From the IMG/VR virus record IMGVR_UViG_3300022752_000223, positions 1 to 33,837 of that record: a stretch of 33,837 bases of DNA. One strand, written 5' to 3'. Every line of letters starts with the position of its first letter. Position 1 is the stretch's first letter. The notes beneath the pieces were generated by a model. That model made no database searches. It had not been told where the DNA came from and saw nothing but the letters and a program-made list of their open reading frames with translations. Positions 1-10,400 of this stretch are shown in pieces. The position numbers and the translations under genes are program-made. Source of the DNA: a virus (lineage: Duplodnaviria > Caudoviricetes).

Positions 1-2
1 AA

Positions 3-188
3 ACAGTACCAGATGATCTTAAATTAGCTGTACTTGATTTGGTAGAATACTATTCAAAGAATAACAGCGCTGTGCACGTAAATCGTGATGTAACTCCTAA
101 TACTACACAAATACAATATATAGCTACAACAAACTTTCCGGCACATATTAAGCGTATACTAGATCAATATGTTGTGGATTATACATAA
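3..188 (+). CDS. 3' end of head completion / head-tail connector protein (T5 p144-like), partial
   Basis: Not in ORF track. Frame 3 reads TVPDDLKLAVLDLVEYY...TNFPAHIKRILDQYVVDYT*. The stop TAA (186-188) overlaps the next ATG (TAATG). The PxDLKLA and FPxHIxRxLD motifs and the gene position fit T5-type head completion proteins. Confidence 0.7.
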   Translation, partial: TVPDDLKLAVLDLVEYYSKNNSAVHVNRDVTPNTTQIQYIATTNFPAHIKRILDQYVVDYT

Positions 189-1693
189 TGGGAATAGCAG
201 ACTTTAGTAAACTGTTACAAAATCAAGTTTATAAAGAGTGGGTTAAAAAATTAGATAGTATTGCTACTAAAACAGCAACACAATTACGTAGTAAAGAATT
301 AACTGCTACTAAAACTAGATTTTATTTAATGGAGAGTCAACTCAGAGAAATAATTACTACTATAGCTGGAAAAGAACTAAAAATAGATAATAGTGATGTA
401 CAATTACTGTTAGCGAGTATTGCAGGAGGAGGTCTAACTCAGCAAGAAGCTGAATTAGAAAAAATACCTTTTGGTATTACAACTAATATAAATGGTGAAA
501 ATGCTATTAAATTTGATAATATATCTTATAAATTAATATCTGACAGATTAAAAGATGTATTAGATACTATACCAGAAGTAGCAGAAGGCTATAAAAAAGC
601 GGAAGATGAATTTAGAAAAGAACAGTTAAAAGAATTAAAAAGTAATCCTAAGTATATTTCTGCAAATACTAAAACTCGTAGAAATATGGAAAACGATATT
701 GAAAAAGCAGCAAAAGAACGGGCTGAAATAGGTTTTTACTTTAATAAAGGTCACGTAATTTCAGTAGCTACTAATTTAGCTAGACAGTTTCAGCAAAAAG
801 TAGTCGCCACAGATAAATTAGCCGAAAAGCAAAAAGAAGCATTAAAAAAGTTATTAGATTTGTATATTGAAAAACTAACTGCCGAAGATTTAGCTACAGC
901 AAATCTACCACCAGCAGTATATCAAGAAATGTGGGCAGACTATGAAAAAGACCCTGAAAAATATATTGTAGAAATACAATTAAGATCAAAAAATCTTAGT
1001 TCAGGATCACTTAGTAGAACACAATTTGACGAGCTCAGATCAATATTAGATCCTAAAGTAACGCAACTTGATTTAGAAAAAATAGTATCAAATTCTACTT
1101 TTATCAAAAATTTAGCTAATAGTTATGGCAGTAAGAAATTTACGGAATTAATTGCAGTACCTATAGTTGATGCTTTAACTAAAACTAAAACTCAGGTTGC
1201 CAAAGCCAAAATACCAAAGGTTAAAATTGGTGAGAAAAAAACAAATATAGTTAAGCCCAGCTCTAATAAACCAAAAATAGCGCAGATTAAAAAATTACGA
1301 TCAAAAATAGCTAGTGCTACTAAAAAACCTAATTTGATCGTTAATACTGAACCTAGTTATGTTGAAAGTAACCTAGTTGGTTTACAAAATTTATTAAATG
1401 CTAAGTTAGTGCAAACTATAAAAGAAAACATGGGTCTGGGAAATAGGCGAGACATACTCAACCTACGTAGTGGTAGATTTGCAGAAAGTGTTCAAGTAAA
1501 AAAACTAAGCGAAAGTCGTCAGGGAATGATAACTGCTTTTTATACATATATGCGTAATCCTTATGCTACTTTTAGTGAGGGCGGACGTCAGCAGTATCCA
1601 CGTAGTAGAGACCCTAAACTGCTAATAAGCAGTTCAATTAGACAGCTAGCCCAACAAATAACCCAACAAAGATTACGGGCTGTACTAGTATGA
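188..1693 (+). CDS. Tail completion / neck protein (T5 p143-like C-terminal domain) with long N-terminal extension
   Basis: 501 aa. The C-terminus LNLRSGRFAESV...YTYMRNPYATF...RDPKLLISSSIRQLA resembles T5-type tail completion proteins. It lies between head completion and tail terminator genes. Confidence 0.65.
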   Translation: MGIADFSKLLQNQVYKEWVKKLDSIATKTATQLRSKELTATKTRFYLMESQLREIITTIAGKELKIDNSDVQLLLASIAGGGLTQQEAELEKIPFGITTNINGENAIKFDNISYKLISDRLKDVLDTIPEVAEGYKKAEDEFRKEQLKELKSNPKYISANTKTRRNMENDIEKAAKERAEIGFYFNKGHVISVATNLARQFQQKVVATDKLAEKQKEALKKLLDLYIEKLTAEDLATANLPPAVYQEMWADYEKDPEKYIVEIQLRSKNLSSGSLSRTQFDELRSILDPKVTQLDLEKIVSNSTFIKNLANSYGSKKFTELIAVPIVDALTKTKTQVAKAKIPKVKIGEKKTNIVKPSSNKPKIAQIKKLRSKIASATKKPNLIVNTEPSYVESNLVGLQNLLNAKLVQTIKENMGLGNRRDILNLRSGRFAESVQVKKLSESRQGMITAFYTYMRNPYATFSEGGRQQYPRSRDPKLLISSSIRQLAQQITQQRLRAVLV

Positions 1694-2133
1694 CTAAACG
1701 TAGACAAATAATTCAAGCACTAGCAGATAAAATTAATGTTACGATAAATGGCATTAATCCCTATCAAACTAACTTACAAAATCAGTGTTTTGCCAAACTA
1801 AAGTTTTGGGACGAAGTAAATGATTTTCCTAGTATTTATATATCACCAGGTAGTGAAACCAGAGATTATCAACTAAATAATTTTGCTTGGGGTATACTAG
1901 GCGTATCACTAAAAGTATACTGTAAGGGTGAAGATGACTCACAAGAACAACTAGAGCAACTACTAAGTGATCTAGAGATTTGTATAGATGCTAATAGACA
2001 ACTTGTTTATGATTCAACAACAGGTTATGAAACCACAGAAATACTAATAGCTTCAATAACTACAGATGAGGGATTGTTATCTCCCTATGCAGTTGGTGAA
2101 ATCAACTTACAGGTCCGCTATCAGATCATGTAA
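1690..2133 (+). CDS. Tail terminator protein (T5 p142-like)
   Basis: 147 aa, acidic, with FWDEVNDFPSIY and ITTDEGLLSPYAVGEI motifs. ATGA overlap with upstream gene. Directly precedes the major tail gene. Confidence 0.7.
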   Translation: MTKRRQIIQALADKINVTINGINPYQTNLQNQCFAKLKFWDEVNDFPSIYISPGSETRDYQLNNFAWGILGVSLKVYCKGEDDSQEQLEQLLSDLEICIDANRQLVYDSTTGYETTEILIASITTDEGLLSPYAVGEINLQVRYQIM

Positions 2134-2139
2134 GCAATC

Positions 2140-2190
2140 ATGCTAGTTTACCTACCACAGATAAAAATCTCGTCTAAGTATAATTAGCAT
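2140..2190 (+). promoter_or_regulatory. Long imperfect hairpin in the leader of the major tail gene
   Basis: ATGCTAGTT(2140-48) pairs with AATTAGCAT(2182-90), with inner TAC/GTA, TA/TA, AC/GT and AGAT-AAAA-ATCT apex. SD AAGGA at 2201-05. Also contains TATAAT (2179-84) with no good -35. Confidence 0.45.
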
Positions 2191-2211
2191 ACTAATATAA
2201 AAGGAATAGAG

Positions 2212-3468
2212 ATGGCTTTTAATTTAATTCGTAACGCACGTATGTTCTTTACAACAAACGTGAATAGTGTTACTGGTGTTATTGGTAGCACAGGATTTAC
2301 TACTACTAATACTAGAGAAATTCAAGTACTTGATGGAATGGCTTTTAGTCAAGCTACTGGTACAGAAACAGTAACAGTTAATGAAGCAGGTACAAATCCA
2401 GCACGTGGTCAGCGTCAGTTTAATACTAGCCTAGAGCCTGTAGAATTAACTTTTAGTACTTATTTGCGTCCTAAATTCAATCGTGGTGCAGATAATTTAG
2501 TAGGTGGTAATGATAACTTTATTAGTTGTGAAGAAGAAGTATTGTGGAATGCTTTTGCTGCTGGTTATCAGGATGCTACACCAAATCAAAATGAATTGAT
2601 TAATGGACAAACTAATGGTGATGCATCGCCTATTACTAGTAATGGTACTAATGCAGCTTGGACAGCTGCCGCCGCTAGTACACCATTTGCTATACTAGCA
2701 ATGACAAACAGTAATAAAAATCAACTACATAAATTTGGAATTATTATTCTCTTAGATGCTAATAGTTATGCTATTGATAATTGTGCTGTAGATCAAGCTA
2801 CTATTGATTTTGGACTAGATGCAATTAGTACAATTGCTTGGACAGTGCGTGGAACTAAGCTACGTGCTATTACAGCTGGTAGTACTACAGCAGGTACATT
2901 TACTGGTATTACTGGTAGTTATGCACAAAAAATTACAGATGCACCTTTCCTAGCTAATAAGTTAAGTAGCGTCTCACTACAAGCTTATACAAGTTCACCA
3001 ACCTATACCGGTGCAGGTAGTCCTAGTGGAACAACTTATACACTAGGATTAACAGGTGGTAGTATTACATTTGCTAATAATATTACCTATTTAACACCAG
3101 CTAATCTTGGTTTAGTTAATCAACCTACTACTTATTTTACAGGTACACGTGCTATTAGTGGTACACTTAACTGTTACTTAAAATCAGGTGCTGGTAATAG
3201 TGCAGCACTATTAACAGATATGTTAGCAAATAGTACAACTGATATTGAACCAGATTTTAAATTAACATTAAATATTGGTGGTAGCAGCAGTGCAACTACT
3301 CGTGTTGAATTAAACATGCCTAGTGCAATTCTATCAATACCAACAATTAATACAGAGCAAGTTGTAAGTCAAACAATTAACTTTACAGCTCAAGGTGCTA
3401 CAGCTAATGCACTTGATCTTGAAGAAAAAAACGAGATTACAGTAAAATACTATAGCGCAGCAGCTTAA
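2212..3468 (+). CDS. Major tail (tube) protein, T5 pb6-like
   Basis: 418 aa with strong SD. EIQVLDGMAFSQ...TVNEAG...RGQRQFNTSLEPVELTFSTYLRP and TTYFTGTRAISGTLNCYL motifs are typical of T5-type tube proteins. No obvious C-terminal Ig domain. Confidence 0.85.
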   Translation: MAFNLIRNARMFFTTNVNSVTGVIGSTGFTTTNTREIQVLDGMAFSQATGTETVTVNEAGTNPARGQRQFNTSLEPVELTFSTYLRPKFNRGADNLVGGNDNFISCEEEVLWNAFAAGYQDATPNQNELINGQTNGDASPITSNGTNAAWTAAAASTPFAILAMTNSNKNQLHKFGIIILLDANSYAIDNCAVDQATIDFGLDAISTIAWTVRGTKLRAITAGSTTAGTFTGITGSYAQKITDAPFLANKLSSVSLQAYTSSPTYTGAGSPSGTTYTLGLTGGSITFANNITYLTPANLGLVNQPTTYFTGTRAISGTLNCYLKSGAGNSAALLTDMLANSTTDIEPDFKLTLNIGGSSSATTRVELNMPSAILSIPTINTEQVVSQTINFTAQGATANALDLEEKNEITVKYYSAAA

Positions 3469-3520
3469 TCTAGGGGGCACTAGTCCCTCAAAAACACAAT
3501 AATCAAGGAATTTTATATCT

Positions 3521-3931
3521 ATGTCGTCTGTATCACTTAAAAACATACTTGTTCCTAGCAAGGAAGTTACTGTAGAGTATCCAGGTATGCCAGGATTTGA
3601 AGTTAATATATGTTTTTTATCTAGAGAAACACTACAAACAATTCGTAAAAAAGCCACTAAAACTACTTTTAAAAATCGTCAGCCTGTTGAAGAACTAAAT
3701 GACGATTTATTTTTAGAACTGTACGTTCGCGGAAGTATTAAAGGTTGGGCTGGTTTAAAATTTAAATATCTAGAACAACTAGCACCAGTTGATTTAGCTG
3801 ATCAAGATCCTGAACAAGAACTAGAGTATAGTGAAGAAAATGCACTATACTTAATGAAAAGCTCTACTAATTTTGACAGTTTTATTAGCGAAAAAGTAAC
3901 TGACCTGGGAAACTTTTCCAAGATCAAATAG
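3521..3931 (+). CDS. Tail assembly chaperone (gpG analogue)
   Basis: 136 aa, acidic, between major tail and tape measure genes. Ends with the in-frame slippery heptamer G GGA AAC (3907-3913). Confidence 0.75.
   Translation: MSSVSLKNILVPSKEVTVEYPGMPGFEVNICFLSRETLQTIRKKATKTTFKNRQPVEELNDDLFLELYVRGSIKGWAGLKFKYLEQLAPVDLADQDPEQELEYSEENALYLMKSSTNFDSFISEKVTDLGNFSKIK
3907..3913 (+). other. Programmed -1 ribosomal frameshift site GGGAAAC
   Basis: X XXY YYZ heptamer in the correct phase (CTG GGA AAC). The -1 frame is closed by TGA at 3901-03, then open from 3904 straight into the 3982..4299 ORF. Confidence 0.8.
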
Positions 3932-3981
3932 AAGAAATAGAACAATTACTAGATAACTATCTTCAAAATCGTGATTTAGGC

Positions 3982-4299
3982 ATGACTAAAGATCAGTACT
4001 ATGAAATGTGCGACATGCTTGGTAATGAACCTAATACAGAAGAAATTCCTGTAGAATTTGATGACTTATCGATATTAGTCCAACAAGCTTTAGAAATATA
4101 TTACTACTTACCTGATCGATGGGAGGGTATGAGTGCTACATTTATGGGCAAAGACTATAGTATTGTGTTTGAATTATTTACAACCTATGAAATAGAACAC
4201 AATGTTGAAAGACGACTATTATTAAGAATTATGAATATTGTAGATAGTATACGCAGTAGAATAATTCGAGATAAGCAGCAAGTAAAAAAGTCCTCTTAG
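3982..4299 (+). CDS. Tail assembly chaperone, frameshift extension (gpT analogue)
   Basis: 105 aa from the annotated ATG, but the frame is open from 3904 (…LFQDQIEEIEQLLDNYLQNRDLG-M). The LPDRWEGMSATFMGKDYS motif and position fit the T5-type second chaperone. Confidence 0.7.
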   Translation: MTKDQYYEMCDMLGNEPNTEEIPVEFDDLSILVQQALEIYYYLPDRWEGMSATFMGKDYSIVFELFTTYEIEHNVERRLLLRIMNIVDSIRSRIIRDKQQVKKSS

Positions 4300-4312
4300 T
4301 GAGGACTTTTTT
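4284..4312. terminator. Rho-independent terminator, potentially bidirectional
   Basis: AAAAAAGTCCTC-TTAGT-GAGGACTTTTTT is a perfect 12-bp inverted repeat with a T6 tail. The chaperone stop codon lies in the loop. Confidence 0.85.
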
Positions 4313-4332
4313 ATTGCTAAAAAAAATTGTTG

Positions 4333-4361
4333 TTGTAATTTTATTTGTGTTGTGGTATAAT
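4333..4361 (+). promoter_or_regulatory. Sigma70-type promoter for the tape measure operon
   Basis: TTGTAA(4333-38)-17 bp-TATAAT(4356-61) with extended -10 TG (4353-54) and an upstream A-tract. Confidence 0.75.
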
Positions 4362-4428
4362 TAGTGTAAACTTAGAATTATTGCTAGCTATAAAAATTAC
4401 TAGTAAAATTGATTGTGTGAGGAACTAT

Positions 4429-7400
4429 ATGGCATCACAAGACGTATCAATTCGCTTAAAAATGGTTGCTGAAGGCGTAGATCAGCAAGTACAAAATAGT
4501 CAGACTATTGCTAATAACTATGCTAGTGCGGCTCGTAGTGCACAACAAGTAGGCAGTGCGCCACAAGCTCGTCGTGCTGCAGCAGCGGGTGCTATGACTA
4601 CTAGTGAAAATATTGAATACGGTCGTGCACGTGGCAACATTGGTGGTACCGGTGCTAGTGCTCGTGACTTTGCTAACCAAGCTCAAGGTCTTGGTGGTTT
4701 AGTTCGTCTATACGCAACCTTTGCAGCTAATATATTCGCTGTTAGTGCTGCTTTTAATGCACTTAGTCAAGCAATGGATACCGCTAATATGGTTAAAGGC
4801 TTAGACATACTAGGTGCAGCCGCTGGTAGATCACTGGGAACATTAAGTCAGCAACTAGTGAATGTTACAGATGGTGCTATTAGTTTACGTGAAGCTATGA
4901 GTGCTACAGCGATGGCTAGTAGTGCTGGCTTAACTAATCAACAAATACTTCGTATGGGTCAGGTAGCTAAAACAGCTAGCTTAGCCCTAGGCATTAGTAT
5001 GCCAGATGCCATCAATAGATTAAGTCGTGGTATTACTAAACTAGAACCAGAATTATTAGACGAATTAGGTATATTTACAAAGATTGAACCAGCCGTGCAG
5101 GCATACGCCCTGCAAATGGGTAAAACTGCGACACAATTAACTGACTTTGAGCGTCGCCAAGCATTTGCTAATGCTGTGCTCAAGGAAGGCGAAGATAAGT
5201 TCAGTGCTATTAGTGATGCCTCAGCCAATCCATTTGACAAATTTTTAGCACAACTTAAAAATGTTACTACTGGTGGTTTAAATTTAATTAATACTGTACT
5301 AGGCCCTATAGTGGACATCTTATCACAGAGTCCGGCCGCTTTAGCTGGTGGGCTAGCACTACTAGTAACTACACTTGTACAACGAGCACTGCCTGCACTA
5401 GGACAAATTCGCGAACAGCTTGCAGCAGACAAAGTTATGGCACAAGAAAAATTAGCTCAAAAACAGCAAGATGCTGTTAAGGCTAGTCAAGCACTTGGTC
5501 AACTAGGCGCTACAAAAGCATTGGCCGAAATGGAAGCTAATGCTGAAAGTGAGCTAAAGATATTTGAACAAAAAGAAGCCAAGTTAAAAGAATTAAAGAA
5601 AAATGGTGCTGCATTTAGTCAAAAATTAAATGAAACACTAAAGAAAGATATTCAAGAAGTAACACAGTTTGAGATAAATCAATTAAAAATTGCAGCAGAT
5701 GCTAGAGTAGCCGCCGCAGAGGCAGCATTGAAGAAAATTCGTGGCACATCTGCAAAACAAGAAACTAAGCGTGAAGCAGCCAGAGGTGAGATAGGTGCAG
5801 CTAAGGCAGAACAAGAAACTGTAACAGCTCTAGGAGCTACTGTACAAGCTGAGGCAGAATATAGCAAAGCTCAAAAGCAGCTAATTGATCAGCATGTAGA
5901 AAAAATGCAGATGAGCAGACAGTATCAGAGCCTAGTAAAAGCCGAACAAAAATTAATTGTAGAAGCTAAGCGTTCTGAAATAGTAGCTAATATGGCTTAT
6001 AATACTAGCTTGCTAGGTATTAGCGATGCATTTAAGATAATGCGTGCTGAAATGGATGCTGCAGGTAATGTTGGCGGAAAAGTGAGTTTAGGATTACGCG
6101 GCATAGTTGCGGGTATCGGCACACTTATAAGTGGTGCACTTGGTGCTATTGGTACTATTATACAAGTAGTAACAGCAGCAATAACTGTTTTTGGCATAAT
6201 AGATTCATTACTTAGTAAGAATAAAAAAGAAACACAAGCATTTAGTGATGCCATAGATCAAAGTGAAAGTAGTATAAAAAATGCTACTAAAACTATTGAG
6301 TTATATGAAAGCAAAAATCAAAATAGCATACAGAGTACTGTAGCCTTAGCAACAGCTTTTGGAGAATTAGCAGACAGCATGGAAACTGCTGTTAAAAGAT
6401 TTGAAAAAATGATGGCTGCAAGCAATGGTTGGGATAGATTTTGGGATAGGGTTAAAGGCGTGTTTGGCTATGGCAAGGCAGATACACTAGCTGAAACACT
6501 TGCTAATCAGTTGTACAGTGCACTTGATGTAGCTGAAAAATTTGGTCAACGTGGTGAAATGGAGGCTAGACTACAGCAATTTCTAGGCATTGAAAATATT
6601 TTTGATAAGCGAGCATTTGAACAAGCTATAAAAGATCTTGGAGAAAGTGGTCAAGCAGAATTACTTGGTATAGCTGACAACTTCAAAAAACGTTTCCAAC
6701 AAATAGGCAGTACACTAGATGGATTTAGATCTAACTTAGATAAAACTTATAAAAGCACACAAGAATTTATGCAAAGTTTAAGCAGCAATGATCCCTTTGC
6801 TAAAATGGCTGAATCATTTGGTGCTCTAGCACTTGATATGTCTAGAATTTCTATGCTCAGTGCTGGTGAGCAGTTAAAGGCTTTTGAAGAATTAACTAAA
6901 AATCCAGAAAAATTATCTTTATTTAGTGATAGTTTTATTAAAGGCATGTTTGATATTAAACAGGCTTTTACCATAGAAAAAACACAAGTTGACGCCTATA
7001 CCAGCGCTATTGATCAAATGATTAGAAAAGTTGCTGAGTTAAAACAGAAACAAACCGAGATAGCCTCACAGGCTCCAGCACCTATAAGTATACCTAAAGG
7101 AATGTCAAATCTACCAGAAAGTATAGCTACGCCAGGAATAGCTCAAGCAGCCAGAGCATCTCAGGCTGTTTCTTTTGGACAACAACCACAGCAACTATTA
7201 GATAAACAAATTAAAGAACAAGAACAAGCAATACAACAGTATAAAAATATAGTTAAGGAAATACCTACAACTTTTACAAAAGCATCAGAGTTATTTGTAG
7301 AAGCTGCTCAAGAAAATTTCAAGAAAGCCGCTGATTATACTGCTATAGCTATTCAAAATTCTTCTACTAGAGCTGCTAATACTATAGCTAGTGCCTGGGC

Positions 7401-10400
7401 TGCAACTCTTACAGGACCCCAAGCCGTAGCAGAGCAAGCACGTATAGCTAGAAGTGAACAGGCTATTAAAGTGAAAGAAGCAAAAATTGCAGTAGATATG
7501 CTAGATTCTCAAGATAGTTTACAGTCAGCAATTCGTGAAAATACTGCACAACTAGAAATAACCACTGAGGCATTAAAAGGTACTCCAGAATCTAAGGCTA
7601 ATATTGCCAAACTTGAAGAAGGTCGTAATTTACAGCGTGCTATAGGACTAATCTCGCAAGGAAAAAGTCGTGATGAGGTATTGGCAGCCATCGGCTATGA
7701 TCCTAGAAATAGAAGTTTACGTACAGATAGTGAAGGTCCAGGAAGTAAAGCTGCAGAAATATTTGCTAAAGCTCAAATGCAGGTAGATATACGCAATCAA
7801 AAACGAGATGTTGCTCTTGGTAAATTAAAAGAAGAGCAAGCTAAACAAACAGCTATAAATGTTAAAGAACAAGTTGATTCAAATGCAGCAAGATTACAAC
7901 AGGAAAAACAAATACTTGATATAAATAATGCTACTCGTCAGGCCAGATTAAGTATTTATGAGATAGAGAAGCAAATAGCTGGAGTTACTACACTAGCTAG
8001 TATTAATGCTAAGGCAGAATTAGAAGATACTATACGTAGATCAAATCAATTAGCAGAAATAGACGATATAAATCGTCGCATTAAAGATGAAGATGAGGCA
8101 GTAGCTAAGACTACTGGAGAGTCTAAGGCCAATCATGAAAAACAATTAGCATTTTTAAAATATCAATTATTGCCAGCAACCGAAGCACGCCAAATAACAG
8201 AAGACCAACTAGCAGCTCGTAAAAAGATACTGGATGTATTAAATTTAGAAATAGAAGCTATACGCAAGCGTAACGAAGTTGAAAAAGCACAACTAGCAAC
8301 ACAACAAGCAGGTCAAGAAGCTCAGCTGGAGATTGATAAAGCCAGGTTTACTAGTATGGCGGAAATTTATAATCTTGATAAACTATTTGTTGCCAATCAA
8401 ATTTATCAAATGGACTTGCAAAAAGCTAACTTTGATGCACAAAAGCAACAAAGTGCAGCATTACTAGACGCTAAGGTTAAGCAAGAAGAAGCTGAAAAAC
8501 GACTACAAGCTAGTGGTCTAACAGGCTTAGATTTACAAAATGCTATCACTCAAGAGCAGAATCGTCAAAACGAATTGCTCAATCAACAACTACAGCAGAT
8601 TGAAATAGAACGTCAAAAACGTACTGATTTATTAAAAGTTCAGCAAGATCAGGTAACTGCGCAAGAACGCATGAATTATTTTATGAATCAGGCTAATACT
8701 ATTGCTGCAACACTTAGTAATAATTTTGGCAAGGGTGGTGAGAAAATAGGTCAATTAGTTGATACATTTGCTAAAATAACTAAGAGTATAGATGAGAGTA
8801 GGGGTGCACAAGAAGCTTTCAATAGACGTGCTGAACAAATGACTGATGATAGTAGTGCTGACCAGTGGAGAGCGTTCTGGGAAGACAAAGATCGCCTAGA
8901 AAAGAAAAGTGCTCAAGATGAATTAGAACGCAATGCTATGACCCTAAACAGCACCAAAAAGCTATTTAAGGAAAAAACTGGTGCATATAAAGCATTCGGT
9001 GCATTAGAAAAAGCATATCACATAGCTAGACTAATAATGAGTGCTAAAGAAATAGCCACTCAGATTGCTAATACTGTTAGTTTTGTTACTAATAGTATTA
9101 CACGCCAAGGAGCCGCAGCAGCCGAAGCAGGAGTACTAGGTGTTAAAGCAGTAATTAATTCTATGAGCACTCTACCTCCGCCATTTAATTTTGCGGCTGG
9201 TGCTGTTATGACTGCACTAGTAGCTAGTCTACTAGCAAGTATAGGTCAAAGTTTTCGTGGTGGTGGTGGAAATAGACCAAGCATAAGCACTGAGGATATA
9301 AATAAAACTCAGGGAAGTGCTATGGAATATAATCAACAAGGCCAACTAGTACAAGTACGACCAGGAGTACTTGGTGATACAAGTGCAAAAAGTGATAGCG
9401 TTCGCAAGAGCATTAGCATGATAGAAAAATATACACTAGAAGGTATGCCTATTAATGATGCACAACTACAGTACTTAAAATTAATTGAAAAAAATACTAA
9501 AGCTGCAGCAATATCTATATATGGAGCAACTGGATTAAGAACTGGTAATATACCAGGTATAAAAGGTGCCGGTACTGCACCAACTACACTAGGTAATATA
9601 GCTAGTGCAAGTGGAGCCATACTTGGTGGAGGCGGCGGTGCTTTACTAGGTGCAGCTATAGCTGGTCAAGGTTTACTATTGGGTGGTACTGTAGGTTCCA
9701 TCTTAGGTGAGGGGCTAGCGGTTGCCTTAAACATGGCACTACCAGGTATTGGCTTAGTATTAGGGGCTGTTTTAGGAAAGGGCCTAATGAGCCAATCCGT
9801 CACTAGAACCATAGAGCAGAGCGGTATATCGTTTAGCGGAGACCTAGAAGCACTAGCCAAAGATACAGATAATGCTATAATGGCCTTTGCTAGTGGTATT
9901 GATAAAACTACAACAAAGTATCTATGGGGCTTAGCAAAAAGTTCTAAAACAAAACCATTTTTTACGGAAACCCAACTTACAGAATTAGAACAAGGTCAAC
10001 AAATCTTAGATTCATTAAGACCTATATTTGCTACTAGCTATAAAAGCATAACTGGTTTAGCTACAGAATTAGGTTATAGTGCGGAAAAGATAAATGCAGC
10101 TATAAAACAACAAGAATTTACAGTTAATTTTAAAGATCTAAAAACAAGTGAAGAAATTGGTCAAGCACTATATGATGGAATTAATGCTTATTTAGATACT
10201 ATTAGTAATACATTATTTGAAGAATTTAAAAGTTTTAGAAAAGAAGGTGAAGGCATGTTTGAAACTGTACAGCGCGTACGCTATCAGTTTGAACTTGTTA
10301 GTCAAGGTTTAAAAAATATAGGTGTATCAACTGATTATTTATTTAAAACAATAGAAGGTTATGGTATTGCAGACATGATTACTGAAGTATTTGGTGGCAT

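Noticed and set aside
3473-3488. Hairpin GGGGGC-ACTA-GTCCCT after the major tail gene as a terminator
   Set aside because: Short stem with two G-U pairs and no T tract. At most a stability hairpin.
4345-4428. ORF-track upstream starts (also 17702, 27663, 29362, 31395)
   Set aside because: These are TTG starts lacking an SD, several overlapping a promoter or upstream gene. Downstream ATGs at 4429, 17726, 27750, 29374 and 31413 have clear SD motifs.
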